DNA from: Planctomycetota bacterium
GTDB lineage: Bacteria; Planctomycetota; Phycisphaerae; SM23-33
Direction of reading: 5' to 3'
Length of the DNA stretch: 35,780 bases
Assembly (NCBI GenBank): GCA_034190305.1
Contig: JAXHSV010000003.1
Coordinates: 1-35,780 of the forward strand
The notes under the pieces were generated by a model. The model was not told where the DNA came from, did no database searches, and saw only the letters and a list, made by a program, of their open reading frames with translations. Positions 9,295-18,060 of this stretch are shown here, piece after piece. Positions within the stretch are counted from its first letter, which is position 1, and each line of letters begins with the position of its first letter. The position numbers and the translations under genes were made by a program.

Positions 9295-10276
9295 TCAGTT
9301 ATGGTACTTTCCATGGTCAATCCAGGCCTGAATCATCCCGCGGTAGTTGCCGGTCGGAACCTCGGACTGTACAGCGTTTGAAGCCCCCAGAACCAATCCG
9401 CCGCCGGCTTTGCAATCGATCAGCAAATCCCGCGTGGCGTCATAGACCGCCTGGGGCGCGCCGGTAAGAAGCAGTCCGCAGTCAATGTTTCCGCACGGAC
9501 ACAGTCGCCCGCCAACCTGCCTGCGGACGGTCCGCATATCCATCCCGGCGGTAGGATCAATTGCCTGAAGGGCGTCCAGATAAGTCTCGGCTATCTGCTC
9601 AAGGCATGGCATGATGTTCCCGTCCGTGTGTAGTATTGCGTATTTTCTCATCTCCTTAACCCGCTGGGACCATTCGCGCAGATAGGGCAAAACGAATCGG
9701 TCCATCTGTTCGGGTCCGAAGAATGGCCCGCGGTTGTCGGCGATATCGGAGGCTGTAACGATCGCCTCGACGCCGCAGTCGCCAAGCCGACGAGCAGTCT
9801 GTAATCCCTCTTCCAGGCACTTCCGGGCGCGCTGATCGATCTCCTCCGGGGCGTCGAACATCTTGTAGGAAAACTCCACGTATTCATTCGCAGCGGGCAT
9901 TCCCATCACACCGCCGCTGACGCCTACAAGCATCAGCCCCGGCGGCGCCAGGTCGCGGATAATCTCAATCTGCCTGAAGCGGCCCTCCGGCGCCAGCCAG
10001 TAGTAGGCGGGAACCCCCGGCGCGATCTCCCAGTAGAATCCGGGGACAGTCAAAGCCGAGAAGTGCATCTCCTCGGAGACGGACAGAAAAATCTCTGGCG
10101 TTGTTTCGCAGCGCCTGTTCATTCCGAACCGCCGAAAGCGACTCGAACTCGCGCCCCAGGACTACGTGCCGCCCTGAAAAATTGTCCCATGCGTGAAACT
10201 CGAGCTCCCAGAGGGGTACGGCGCCGGTAGGCTGACGAGACTCAAGGGCTGCGACCATGTCGCTTCCTGTGATCAT
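9295..10276 (-). pseudogene. Uroporphyrinogen decarboxylase / MtaA-CmuA-like family protein, frameshifted near 10096
   Basis: N-terminus MITGSDMVAALE...VPLWELEFH...RNNA (ATG 10276, GGGAG RBS) joins EIFLSVSEE... after removing one base; C-terminal motifs ASDIA, HTDGNI, GNIDC and GGLVLGASN. Confidence 0.75.
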
Positions 10277-10637
10277 TGAGTTACTCCCTGAGATTTGACG
10301 ACAGAGTGACTCCCCTGACAAGCCAAATCCCGCCTCGCCTGCGGGCCGATGTGTCCGTATCCGTGATTTTATTGTCCATCTCTTTTGTGACTTAAAACCC
10401 TGTGTCAACACTTCCGAACCCGTTTCAGTCGCCGGATATGACCGCAATTTTTATCGCTTGCGCTTTTTTACCGGATTATTCCATGTTACCGAGCCACCAA
10501 GTGTACCAGAGCATCCCCGAAACGGCAAAACATAACACGATATGCGTGGATTGGTGCGACCCTTTCCCACGGCTCCCCCTGTGAGCTTGCATGGGTGGGA
10601 TCCCGGAGGTCTGGGCAACCTGTCTGACTGAAACTCC

Positions 10638-11090
10638 TTGACCAAGGACAATTATGCTCCTATATTCGGAGACGTAGAAAAGTTAGCAAGATTGATAGAC
10701 ATGTCGAGTAAGAAGGTAACATTCCGCGAAGTTCTCCAAGATACGTTGTCCCTATTTTCACACTTGCTCGACAAATTGCCGGAGTCATGGAAAACATTTT
10801 CCTGGTGCCGGAGTTTGTGGGTTTCAAAAGAGGCTTCGAATGCTTTGCAGATGGAACTTGGTTTGATCCATGTATTCTGCTTCTTTGATGCCGTGCGGCC
10901 CCTGAAGAGGCGCCTTCACGCTTGGTGGGCTGACCAATTCTGTTCGGCTATTGCTTGGCCGTTCTCGGATGAACTGGCAAATCGCTTCTATGGAGGCGAC
11001 AAGGACGCGTGTTGGACGCTGTTCAAGAAACGCCTGTATGCGTTTAATGAGAGTAGTCGCCACATCGGGAAGAGCAAGGATTCTTCGTGA
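10638..11090 (+). CDS. Hypothetical protein (may be the 5' part of one interrupted gene with 11091-11315)
   Basis: 150-aa ORF with TTG start in a lower-GC stretch; no family recognised. Confidence 0.4.
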   Translation: MTKDNYAPIFGDVEKLARLIDMSSKKVTFREVLQDTLSLFSHLLDKLPESWKTFSWCRSLWVSKEASNALQMELGLIHVFCFFDAVRPLKRRLHAWWADQFCSAIAWPFSDELANRFYGGDKDACWTLFKKRLYAFNESSRHIGKSKDSS

Positions 11091-11315
11091 ATGGGTCAAT
11101 ACTGTCAGGAGCCTGCCGAGAGACTTGCGGCGTTTACCGATGATGACGACGACGGATTTCAGATTCAGATGGGGTTCCGGTTTTATTATTGCCGAACTCG
11201 GTCAGTCGCTTACCGGAACTACAGTGAGTTCCTTTCACGGTACAGAGTTGAGATTGACGAGGAAGACAGACTCTTTATCCGTGAGTTTGAACGTGCCTGG
11301 AACCGTGTGTGGTAG
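11091..11315 (+). CDS. Hypothetical protein, in frame with and directly after the preceding ORF's TGA
   Basis: 74-aa ORF; ATG follows TGA immediately in the same frame, with no clear RBS. Confidence 0.35.
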   Translation: MGQYCQEPAERLAAFTDDDDDGFQIQMGFRFYYCRTRSVAYRNYSEFLSRYRVEIDEEDRLFIREFERAWNRVW

Positions 11316-11432
11316 ATTGGTCTCAATACAATCCAGCCACTTCAGGGGTGGTACATCCGCTAATGAACGCACGAAGTATCCCCGGGGAAAAAGATTATCT
11401 TTGCAATTGGCAAATGTGGTATCATTAGGAAG

Positions 11433-11789
11433 GTGAAAATTTCCGGGACAAGTCTTGCGGTTGATAATCGTCCTGTAACGATGCGGGAGATTCGGCGTGT
11501 TGCAATGCAAATAGCCGAGCGGCTTTCGCCGCGCAAGGTGATTTTGTTCGGCTCGCACGCGCACGGCCGGGCCGACTCGGATAGTGACGTGGACCTTTTA
11601 GTCATAACCGACAGGCCCGCAGGTCCCGATGCATCTCTGCAAGTCAGGCGAGCGATTGACTATGATTTCCCCCTGGACCTGATCATATATGACGCCAATC
11701 GTTTGAAACGGCGTCTGGTTGCGGGGGATTGGTTCCTTCAGGACGCCATCGAAGGTGGAAAGGTGCTATATGAAAAACCTGACCGCTGA
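11433..11789 (+). CDS. Minimal nucleotidyltransferase (MNT) antitoxin
   Basis: VILFGSHAHG...SDVDLLVI (GS-x10-DxD) motif and C-terminal EGGKVLYE. Confidence 0.88.
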   Translation: MKISGTSLAVDNRPVTMREIRRVAMQIAERLSPRKVILFGSHAHGRADSDSDVDLLVITDRPAGPDASLQVRRAIDYDFPLDLIIYDANRLKRRLVAGDWFLQDAIEGGKVLYEKPDR

Positions 11790-12159
11790 ATGGCTGACTA
11801 AGGCTGAAGAGGATTTTTCCGTGGCAATTGGTTTGGTTCGCCGGCGAAGGCTGCCTGCTAATTCTATTTGCTTTCACTGTCAGCCGGCAGCGGAGAAATA
11901 TCTCAAAGCGCTGCTTCAGCACAACCGTACCCGTTTCGGCAGAACACACGATCTCGAAGAACTGCTTCGACTCATATCGGACCAGACGCCGGGTCTAATG
12001 CTGATGTCGGATGACCTGAAACTTCTATCAGATTATTCCGTCAGATACCGCTATCCAGGTATCGACGCCACACCGCGTCAGGCCCGGAATGCTGTAACGG
12101 CTGTCAAACGTGTGCGCCAAGCGGTACTCGGTGTCTTGCCCGGCAAGCGAAAATGTTGA
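11770..12159 (+). CDS. HEPN domain protein (toxin partner of MNT)
   Basis: EWLTKAEEDF, CFHCQPAAEKYLKALL, RTHDL and RYRYP patterns; ATG 11770 overlaps the end of MNT. Confidence 0.88.
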   Translation: MKNLTAEWLTKAEEDFSVAIGLVRRRRLPANSICFHCQPAAEKYLKALLQHNRTRFGRTHDLEELLRLISDQTPGLMLMSDDLKLLSDYSVRYRYPGIDATPRQARNAVTAVKRVRQAVLGVLPGKRKC

Positions 12160-13049
12160 TGGCGATCCAACCCAATCAAATCGAACTGGATAACCTGCGG
12201 CGTCTCCTGGAGCAGGCGAAGTCGGAAGACCTCGGCGGCGGGGATATTACATCGGTCATCCTGCCGGAGGATAAAACCTGCCGCGGTCAATTCGTCGCGA
12301 GGGAAGAGTTGGTTTTCTGCGGTGGGGTTTTTCTGGAAGAAATAGCAGCCGCCTATGATCAAGCGATCCGAACTAACGTATCGGTCGCCGAAGGCGCGCG
12401 TGTCGAGGACGGTGCGACCCTGGCCGAGTGGACCGGTCCGACAGGCGCCATACTGTCGGCTGAACGGGTCGCGCTGAATTTTCTCCAGCGTCTCAGTGGC
12501 GTAGCGACCCTTACTGCCCGTTACGTCGAGGCTGTGGCGGGCACGTCGGCGGGGATTTACGACACGCGCAAGACCACCCCCGGCTGGCGGGCGCTGGAAA
12601 AATACGCCGTTCGCGCCGGCGGCGGATGCAATCACCGGATGGGCCTGTTCGACGCGGTTATGGTAAAGGATAATCATTTGGCCGCACTGGGCGGCAACGG
12701 GCTGAATGCCTTAAGCGGCAAACTGGAGGGTCTGCGCGGTTCACTCGGCCCGGGCGGGTTCATCGAAGTCGAGGTCGATACGCTCGAACAATTGGCCGAC
12801 GCTTTAAAATTGGACGTTGATATTATACTTCTGGACAATATGTCTGCCGGGCAGTTGGCAGAGGCGGTGAGGATGCGGAATGAATCGGCTTCGGGGCGGA
12901 TCGAACTTGAGGCATCGGGGGGGATAACAGAGGAGAACATTCGCGCCGTCGCCGGGACCGGCATCGAGAGGATTTCCATAGGTGCGCTGACGCACTCTGC
13001 GCGGGCGGTCGATATCGCATTGGAAATTGACAACATCAGTAGCCGGTAG
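12153..13049 (+). CDS. nadC: Nicotinate-nucleotide diphosphorylase (carboxylating); alternative start 12159
   Basis: ERVALNFLQRLSGVAT, DTRKTTPG, NHRMGLFD, KDNH, EVEV, LLDN and EASGG motifs. Confidence 0.96.
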   Translation: MLMAIQPNQIELDNLRRLLEQAKSEDLGGGDITSVILPEDKTCRGQFVAREELVFCGGVFLEEIAAAYDQAIRTNVSVAEGARVEDGATLAEWTGPTGAILSAERVALNFLQRLSGVATLTARYVEAVAGTSAGIYDTRKTTPGWRALEKYAVRAGGGCNHRMGLFDAVMVKDNHLAALGGNGLNALSGKLEGLRGSLGPGGFIEVEVDTLEQLADALKLDVDIILLDNMSAGQLAEAVRMRNESASGRIELEASGGITEENIRAVAGTGIERISIGALTHSARAVDIALEIDNISSR

Positions 13050-13075
13050 TCCGTACCGGCTCCTTCCTTAGCGTC

Positions 13076-14071
13076 ATGGAACTGACGAATCGAATTCTGG
13101 AGCGCCTTTATGATCGTAAAGAAGGTTTCTTTGCGGTGGAGGAATTAGTCGATTCGCCGGTGGTGGATTGGGCGAAGGCCGATGAGGCGTTTGACGAGTT
13201 GGCTCGGCGGGGTCATCGATTTGAGCGGTCGCCGGCCAACGGTGTCCGGCTGGTCCGTCCGACGGTAATGGATGCGCATCTGATCGAGCGGGACCTTCCG
13301 GTCAAACATATCGGTCGTCACGTTATCTGCTTCGACGAGGCGGATTCAACCAACGACGTAGCCTTCGCATCGGCCCGCCAGGCGGCCGGAGAGGCCCTGG
13401 TGGTAACTGCAGAGCATCAGCGCGCCGGTCGGGGCAGGTTTGGGAGAAAGTGGATCAGCCCGTCCGGGGCGGCGATTTTGGCAAGCATACTTCTCCACCG
13501 CCAGGCGTGCGAATTACCTCACGAGGCGTTGACGCTTGCAGCCGGTCTGGCAGTGGCTGAAGGGATCGATGAGACCGTCGGAATAGCGCCGGCTCTGACC
13601 TGGCCTAACGATGTCGTCATCGGGGATGCGAAACTGGCGGGGGTTCTGGTGGAGGTTCGCACGTCAGGCGGTGTCCGGCGGATGGTAATCGGATTCGGGA
13701 TTAACGTCTTTGCATCCCCGTCCCGCAACATGCTGATGGACAGGTCCGGCGGGCAGGTTTCCACTCCGGCGGTCTGCCTGTCCGAGGTTGTCGGCGAGGC
13801 AGCGTCTCTGGAGCGCATCGAGATTCTTCGGGCTGTGCTGGTAAGGATGGAAAGTTGGGTTGGCGCTTTGCAGTCCGGTGACGCCGACGAACTGCACAAG
13901 CAATGGTGCAGCCGGTGCGTTATGATAAATCGGCGCCTCTGTATTCAGTCGGCCGGTCGTCGCTTCACAGGACGGGTCGTCGATGTAAGCCCTGCCGAAG
14001 GTTTGATCCTTCTGTCCGACGACGGGCAGCGCCTCCACCTTCCTGCGGCGACTTCCACAATCATTTATTGA
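13076..14071 (+). CDS. birA: Biotin-[acetyl-CoA-carboxylase] ligase with an N-terminal extension (possibly a degenerate HTH)
   Basis: DSTND, AEHQRAGRGRFGRKW, WPND, KLAGVLVE and GFGINV motifs. Confidence 0.92.
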   Translation: MELTNRILERLYDRKEGFFAVEELVDSPVVDWAKADEAFDELARRGHRFERSPANGVRLVRPTVMDAHLIERDLPVKHIGRHVICFDEADSTNDVAFASARQAAGEALVVTAEHQRAGRGRFGRKWISPSGAAILASILLHRQACELPHEALTLAAGLAVAEGIDETVGIAPALTWPNDVVIGDAKLAGVLVEVRTSGGVRRMVIGFGINVFASPSRNMLMDRSGGQVSTPAVCLSEVVGEAASLERIEILRAVLVRMESWVGALQSGDADELHKQWCSRCVMINRRLCIQSAGRRFTGRVVDVSPAEGLILLSDDGQRLHLPAATSTIIY

Positions 14072-14163
14072 GTTGAACCATACCTCACTTTGGGGAGATA
14101 TTGACTATTGATTCGTAAAAAGAGTTTCCAACAGGGGGATTACGAAAATACCCCGTAGCAGTT

Positions 14164-14192
14164 TTGCCTGTCGGCGATCTGTATTTTACATT
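14164..14192 (+). promoter_or_regulatory. Putative sigma70-type promoter upstream of the riboswitch
   Basis: TTGCCT-N17-TACATT about 50 nt before the aptamer. Confidence 0.4.
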
Positions 14193-14242
14193 GTATGTGT
14201 TGCGCGGCCTTGTACGTAGGAGTCGCGTGCAGAAAGAAAATG

Positions 14243-14351
14243 TCCCCGAAAAGGCGTCCCTGCCGGTGAGCGTTCCGGCGGGTCGCAAAGTTACGGGAGT
14301 CGAGAGGTCTTTTTTTTCGGACCTTTCGGGTCAGCCGGGCTGCCGAAGGGG
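14243..14351 (+). promoter_or_regulatory. c-di-GMP-I (GEMM-I)-like riboswitch aptamer, variant
   Basis: CGAAAAGGC, then P2 stem CCTGCCGG/CCGGCGGG, junction TCGCAAAG, P3 closed by AGCCGGGCT, then GCCGAA; P1 CCCCG/CGAAGGGG. Lies upstream of a pilus-like operon that contains an HD-GYP gene. Confidence 0.72.
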
Positions 14352-14455
14352 CTTTCACTAGCGAAGTTTCGCTTCAGTGAACGGTTCCTCTGTGGGTGTG
14401 TATTCCATTTCCCTTCAGCCTTGCGAATGTTTGCCAACAATATCTGCATTTTAGT

Positions 14456-14482
14456 TAAGGCGCGCCGTTACGCAGTCGATAC
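14456..14482 (+). promoter_or_regulatory. Putative sigma28 (FliA)-like promoter
   Basis: TAAG-N15-GTCGATAC versus the consensus TAAA-N15-GCCGATAA. Confidence 0.4.
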
Positions 14483-14615
14483 GACAATGGTTCTGGTGGA
14501 GTATGGTTCTCAAACGCAGAAATGGAGGGAATTGCTATTGAGAGTAATGGAACGTACGTAATTCGTCGGAAATCGTTTTATGAACGTCAATGACACGCAA
14601 AGTGGAGGTGTAACA

Positions 14616-15068
14616 ATGAGTAACAGAACAGGTTTTACATTGGTTGAGATTTTGATTGTCGTGATTATTCTGGGTATTCTCGCGGCAATCGTAATCCCGC
14701 AGTTCACGGAGGCCTCGCAGGATGCCCGGGAGTCCGCCCTGGTTTCAGACCTTCAGACGTTCCGCAGCCAGATCGAACTGTACAAGATTCAGCACAAGGA
14801 CGCGCTGCCCGGCGCAGGAACGGCCAGTTTCGTCGCTGCCATGACAGGTCAGACGGATATTGATGGGGCCGTCGGCACAGACTACGGTCCGTATCTCCAG
14901 AAGATGCCGACCAACCCGTTCAACAACCTGGACACGGTTACGGTCGAAGCCGGCGTCGGCAGTCTCGGGGACGACAGCACCGGCTGGCACTTTAATACCA
15001 GCAATGGGCAGGTTCACGCCAACGACGACGATTCTACCAGCGACGGTACTGCCCATACGGCTTTGTGA
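14616..15068 (+). CDS. Type IV prepilin-like / GspG-like protein 1 (candidate major pilin)
   Basis: Class III signal peptide MSNRTG|FTLVEILIVVIILGILAAIVIPQF; strong GGAGGT RBS; YGPYLQKMPTNPFN motif. Confidence 0.88.
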   Translation: MSNRTGFTLVEILIVVIILGILAAIVIPQFTEASQDARESALVSDLQTFRSQIELYKIQHKDALPGAGTASFVAAMTGQTDIDGAVGTDYGPYLQKMPTNPFNNLDTVTVEAGVGSLGDDSTGWHFNTSNGQVHANDDDSTSDGTAHTAL

Positions 15069-15108
15069 TCGGGCTGACGGTCCGGCGTATCGTTTCAGGA
15101 ACATGGTC

Positions 15109-15146
15109 GAGGCTTCCGACGGCGAAACATCGCCGCCGGATGCCTC
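15109..15146 (+). other. GC-rich stem-loop after pilin gene 1 (mRNA stabiliser or partial terminator)
   Basis: GAGGCTTCCGACGGCGA-AACA-TCGCCGCCGGATGCCTC forms an imperfect hairpin with no U-tract. Confidence 0.5.
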
Positions 15147-15212
15147 TGCCTAATCACGGAACAGTTCAGTCCGGAAGTTGCGCCGGGTGCGCCAAAAAAG
15201 GAAAACGCTAAA

Positions 15213-15719
15213 ATGGGTCGGCAAAAGGCATTCTCGCTGGTGGAACTTCTGATCGTAGTGGTGCTTTTAGGCATCCTGGCGGCGATTGTCCTTCCGAAGT
15301 TTTCCAACGCCTCGGCCGTTGCACGGGCCAGTATGCTCGCCGACACCCTGCGACTCTTTAGGACGCAATTGCCGGTCTTTGAAGCACAGCACCGCGGCGT
15401 AGCGGCGGGTTATCCAGACGGCGACACCAGCGCGACACCCACCGAAGCTACTTTCGTGCTCCACATGACCAAGGCCTCCAACGACTCCTTCCAGACTGCC
15501 GAACCCGGCACGCCCGGATTCGATTACGGGCCTTATATGAGGCGAATCCCGGAAAATCCTATCAACGAGAAGAATACCGTCAAGATAATCGCCAACAATG
15601 AAGCCTTCCCGGACGACGGAGATAACTCTTACGGGTGGATATACCAACCCGCAACGTTGCTGTTCAAGGCCGATTCCCCCGGAACAGACGATAATGGAAA
15701 GGCGTATTTCGACTATTAA
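15213..15719 (+). CDS. Type IV prepilin-like / GspG-like protein 2 (paralog of protein 1)
   Basis: MGRQKA|FSLVELLIVVVLLGILAAIVLPKF; YGPYMRRIPENPIN motif. Confidence 0.88.
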   Translation: MGRQKAFSLVELLIVVVLLGILAAIVLPKFSNASAVARASMLADTLRLFRTQLPVFEAQHRGVAAGYPDGDTSATPTEATFVLHMTKASNDSFQTAEPGTPGFDYGPYMRRIPENPINEKNTVKIIANNEAFPDDGDNSYGWIYQPATLLFKADSPGTDDNGKAYFDY

Positions 15720-15818
15720 TAACCGATAGCAAGTAGTTAGTCGCCGGTGAGGACAGGTGTTCTTTTCCGGTCTATCGGACAGGAATAAGGTTTTTATGAT
15801 GCCTGGCGGTTTTACAAA

Positions 15819-16190
15819 ATGAAGGAGCTCAAGATGAACGGAACACGGGAAAGAACCGGAGGCGGAACAGTCAAAATCGACGGTTACACCCGCTTTTGCC
15901 TCTCGGCGATAGTTGTGCTTCTGGCGATTCTGATTGTCGGGTTGTGGGCTGAAGGCCCGATTTCCCCCATACCCGATGCCGCCGGAGCAGGCGTCGCGAA
16001 GACGCCGCCCGATGTCCTGCCAAATGCCGGAGCGCAGCGTTTGGCCATGATTAAGGCCATCGGCGCGACCAACGATAAACTTGACAAGATAATCGACCTG
16101 CTGAAAAGCGGCGAGATACGCGTCGGCCTGGTTGAGGAAGGTAAAGGAGACAAGGCGCCCGACAATGTCCATAAACTCCCGAAAAAATAG
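15819..16190 (+). CDS. Hypothetical single-pass membrane protein with a C-terminal amphipathic helix (alternative start 15834)
   Basis: Hydrophobic segment FCLSAIVVLLAILIVGLW; co-directional and overlapping the next gene; AAGGAG precedes ATG 15834. Confidence 0.7.
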   Translation: MKELKMNGTRERTGGGTVKIDGYTRFCLSAIVVLLAILIVGLWAEGPISPIPDAAGAGVAKTPPDVLPNAGAQRLAMIKAIGATNDKLDKIIDLLKSGEIRVGLVEEGKGDKAPDNVHKLPKK

Positions 16191-16686
16191 ATTCATCCCG
16201 GCAGCTCGTCGGTACAGTCGAACGGGCTTTACGCTAATCGAGTTGATTGTGGCGTTGGTCGTATTGGCCGTTGCCGCAGCGATAATAATCCCGTACGCCA
16301 CCGGAACCAGCGGCTTTCAGGCCTCCGCCGCAGCCAGGATGATTATGTCCGACCTGGAGTACGCCCAGAATCAGGCCATTACTACGCAGACGCCGGTGTC
16401 GGTAACGTTCGCCGTTTCCAGTAATTCTTATACTGTCTCTAACGCAAGTGGAACCCTGATCCATCCGATTAGCAAACAGGCGTATGTGGTCGATTTCGAC
16501 ACGAGTAGGGGTTTTGGGAATGTGTCGATGTCATCGGCCAATTTCGGCGGCGCGTCGGTTGTTACGTTCGACGCCCTTGGCGCACCGGACAATAACGGGA
16601 CGGTTACCGTTGTCGCCGGTGCGCATACTTACACCGTAACCGTCGCGCCGATAAGCGGGCGCGTAACAGTCTCCGGAAACGACTGA
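16165..16686 (+). CDS. FimT/GspH-like minor pilin
   Basis: RTG|FTLIELIVALVVL, then AAARMIMSDLEYAQNQAI, VTFDALG and a C-terminal VTVAPISGRV. Confidence 0.85.
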   Translation: MSINSRKNRFIPAARRYSRTGFTLIELIVALVVLAVAAAIIIPYATGTSGFQASAAARMIMSDLEYAQNQAITTQTPVSVTFAVSSNSYTVSNASGTLIHPISKQAYVVDFDTSRGFGNVSMSSANFGGASVVTFDALGAPDNNGTVTVVAGAHTYTVTVAPISGRVTVSGND

Positions 16687-16800
16687 CCGTTTCAGAGACC
16701 TGTTGCGTGGCTCTTAGAAAAGGAGCACGCAAACGCGGAAAAGAAACTCCTCGGGCACCTGCCGGCAGGCAGGAATACCGGCGCGTTTGCGTAAAAGGCG

Positions 16801-18060
16801 ATGATGTTCGAGTTGCTTTCAAGAACCAGGTACGGGCAGATCGGTCTGGACATAGGCGCCGAAAGCGTCAAGATGTTGCAACTGGCTGCGATGCGGGGCA
16901 AACCATTTGTCGCAGCCGCTGCTCTGCGCCGCCTTCCCGAAGACGCCACCAGGCCTGACGCCGACCAGCATATGCGACAACGAATCCTCGTAGATACCGT
17001 CCGTGAGATGCTCGCAAACGGAGTGTTCCATGGACGGAGCGTCGTCAGTTGTTTGCGGGCCGACGAAATAGACATCAGGAATGTTCGCCTGCCTCATGTC
17101 TCTGACGACGAACTGGCTTCAGCGGTTGAGCGTGAATGTCAGGAGCGGTTTGGCTTCAGGGTTTCGGACGATCGGATTCATTGGATCAAGGCCGGTGAAG
17201 TCCGACATGGCGCCGATGCGCGAAATGAAGTCATATTGATTGCCGTTCCTGATGACGTCATTGGTCGGCACCTCGATATGCTTTCGAAGATGCGTTTGAT
17301 CCCCGCCCACATGGATTCCGAGCCGACCGCCCTGTTTGGCGCATACGAGAGATTTCTCCGGCGGGCGTCCGATGACGCATCCGTTACCGTGATCGTTGAT
17401 ATAGGACTGTCCTGCACAAAGGTAATCGTAGCCAGAGGCAAGGCGATTCTGATGATTAAGACCATCGATATAGCCGGTCGGAAATTTGACGAAAGTGTCG
17501 CCAAAGAACTGAATATGAGTTACGCCGAAGCAGCCTCTGTTCGCAGGCGCATATTAGAGACCGGAGACGTCGATTCGACAAAAACAGCACGTTCCGACCC
17601 ACAACCTGAAATGGAAGGCAAGGTGGAATGGTCCGTCTTCGACGCCATTCGCGAGCAGGTGGAGGCGCTGGGGCGTGAGATAAGTCAGTGCCTGCGTTAT
17701 TGCTCGGTTACGTTCCGGGGGCTTCGCCCGAGAAAGATAACACTTTCCGGGGGAGAAGCCTGCAACCGGCGCCTGGTCGAATCGCTGAACGAGTACCTGG
17801 ATTGTGAATGCGTGGTGGGTCAGCCTCTTCGGGGTATCGATCTTGGCGGGGTTGAAATGGGCGGCGAGCGGCGAGGTGAACTGGCGGGGTGGTCGGTAGC
17901 GGCGGGCCTGGCCATTCGCGGACTTTACGGAAAGATTGCCAAAGACGTTAACAACAACACAAGCACAACGTCAATGACGACGAATTGTTCACATAAAACT
18001 ACTTCCGCCGGCGGATTGAAACTTGTCGCTTCCGGCGTCTCCAGACAGGAAAGTGAATGA
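16801..18060 (+). CDS. pilM: PilM-like actin-fold pilus assembly protein
   Basis: IGLDIGAESVKMLQL, VIVDIGLSCTKVIV, ITLSGG and WSVAAGLAIR motifs. Confidence 0.85.
   Translation: MMFELLSRTRYGQIGLDIGAESVKMLQLAAMRGKPFVAAAALRRLPEDATRPDADQHMRQRILVDTVREMLANGVFHGRSVVSCLRADEIDIRNVRLPHVSDDELASAVERECQERFGFRVSDDRIHWIKAGEVRHGADARNEVILIAVPDDVIGRHLDMLSKMRLIPAHMDSEPTALFGAYERFLRRASDDASVTVIVDIGLSCTKVIVARGKAILMIKTIDIAGRKFDESVAKELNMSYAEAASVRRRILETGDVDSTKTARSDPQPEMEGKVEWSVFDAIREQVEALGREISQCLRYCSVTFRGLRPRKITLSGGEACNRRLVESLNEYLDCECVVGQPLRGIDLGGVEMGGERRGELAGWSVAAGLAIRGLYGKIAKDVNNNTSTTSMTTNCSHKTTSAGGLKLVASGVSRQESE

Noticed and set aside
11088-11140. Selenocysteine recoding of the in-frame TGA
   Set aside because: No convincing SECIS-like hairpin downstream and no redox-motif context.
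14243-14351. cGAMP-selective (GEMM-Ib) assignment of the riboswitch
   Set aside because: The discriminating position reads G (AAGGC), not A as in the Geobacter cGAMP aptamers; only a binding assay can fully exclude it.
14421-14437. Sigma54 promoter on the minus strand (TGGCAAACATTCGCA)
   Set aside because: GG-to-GC spacing is 9 rather than the required 10, and it points away from the operon.
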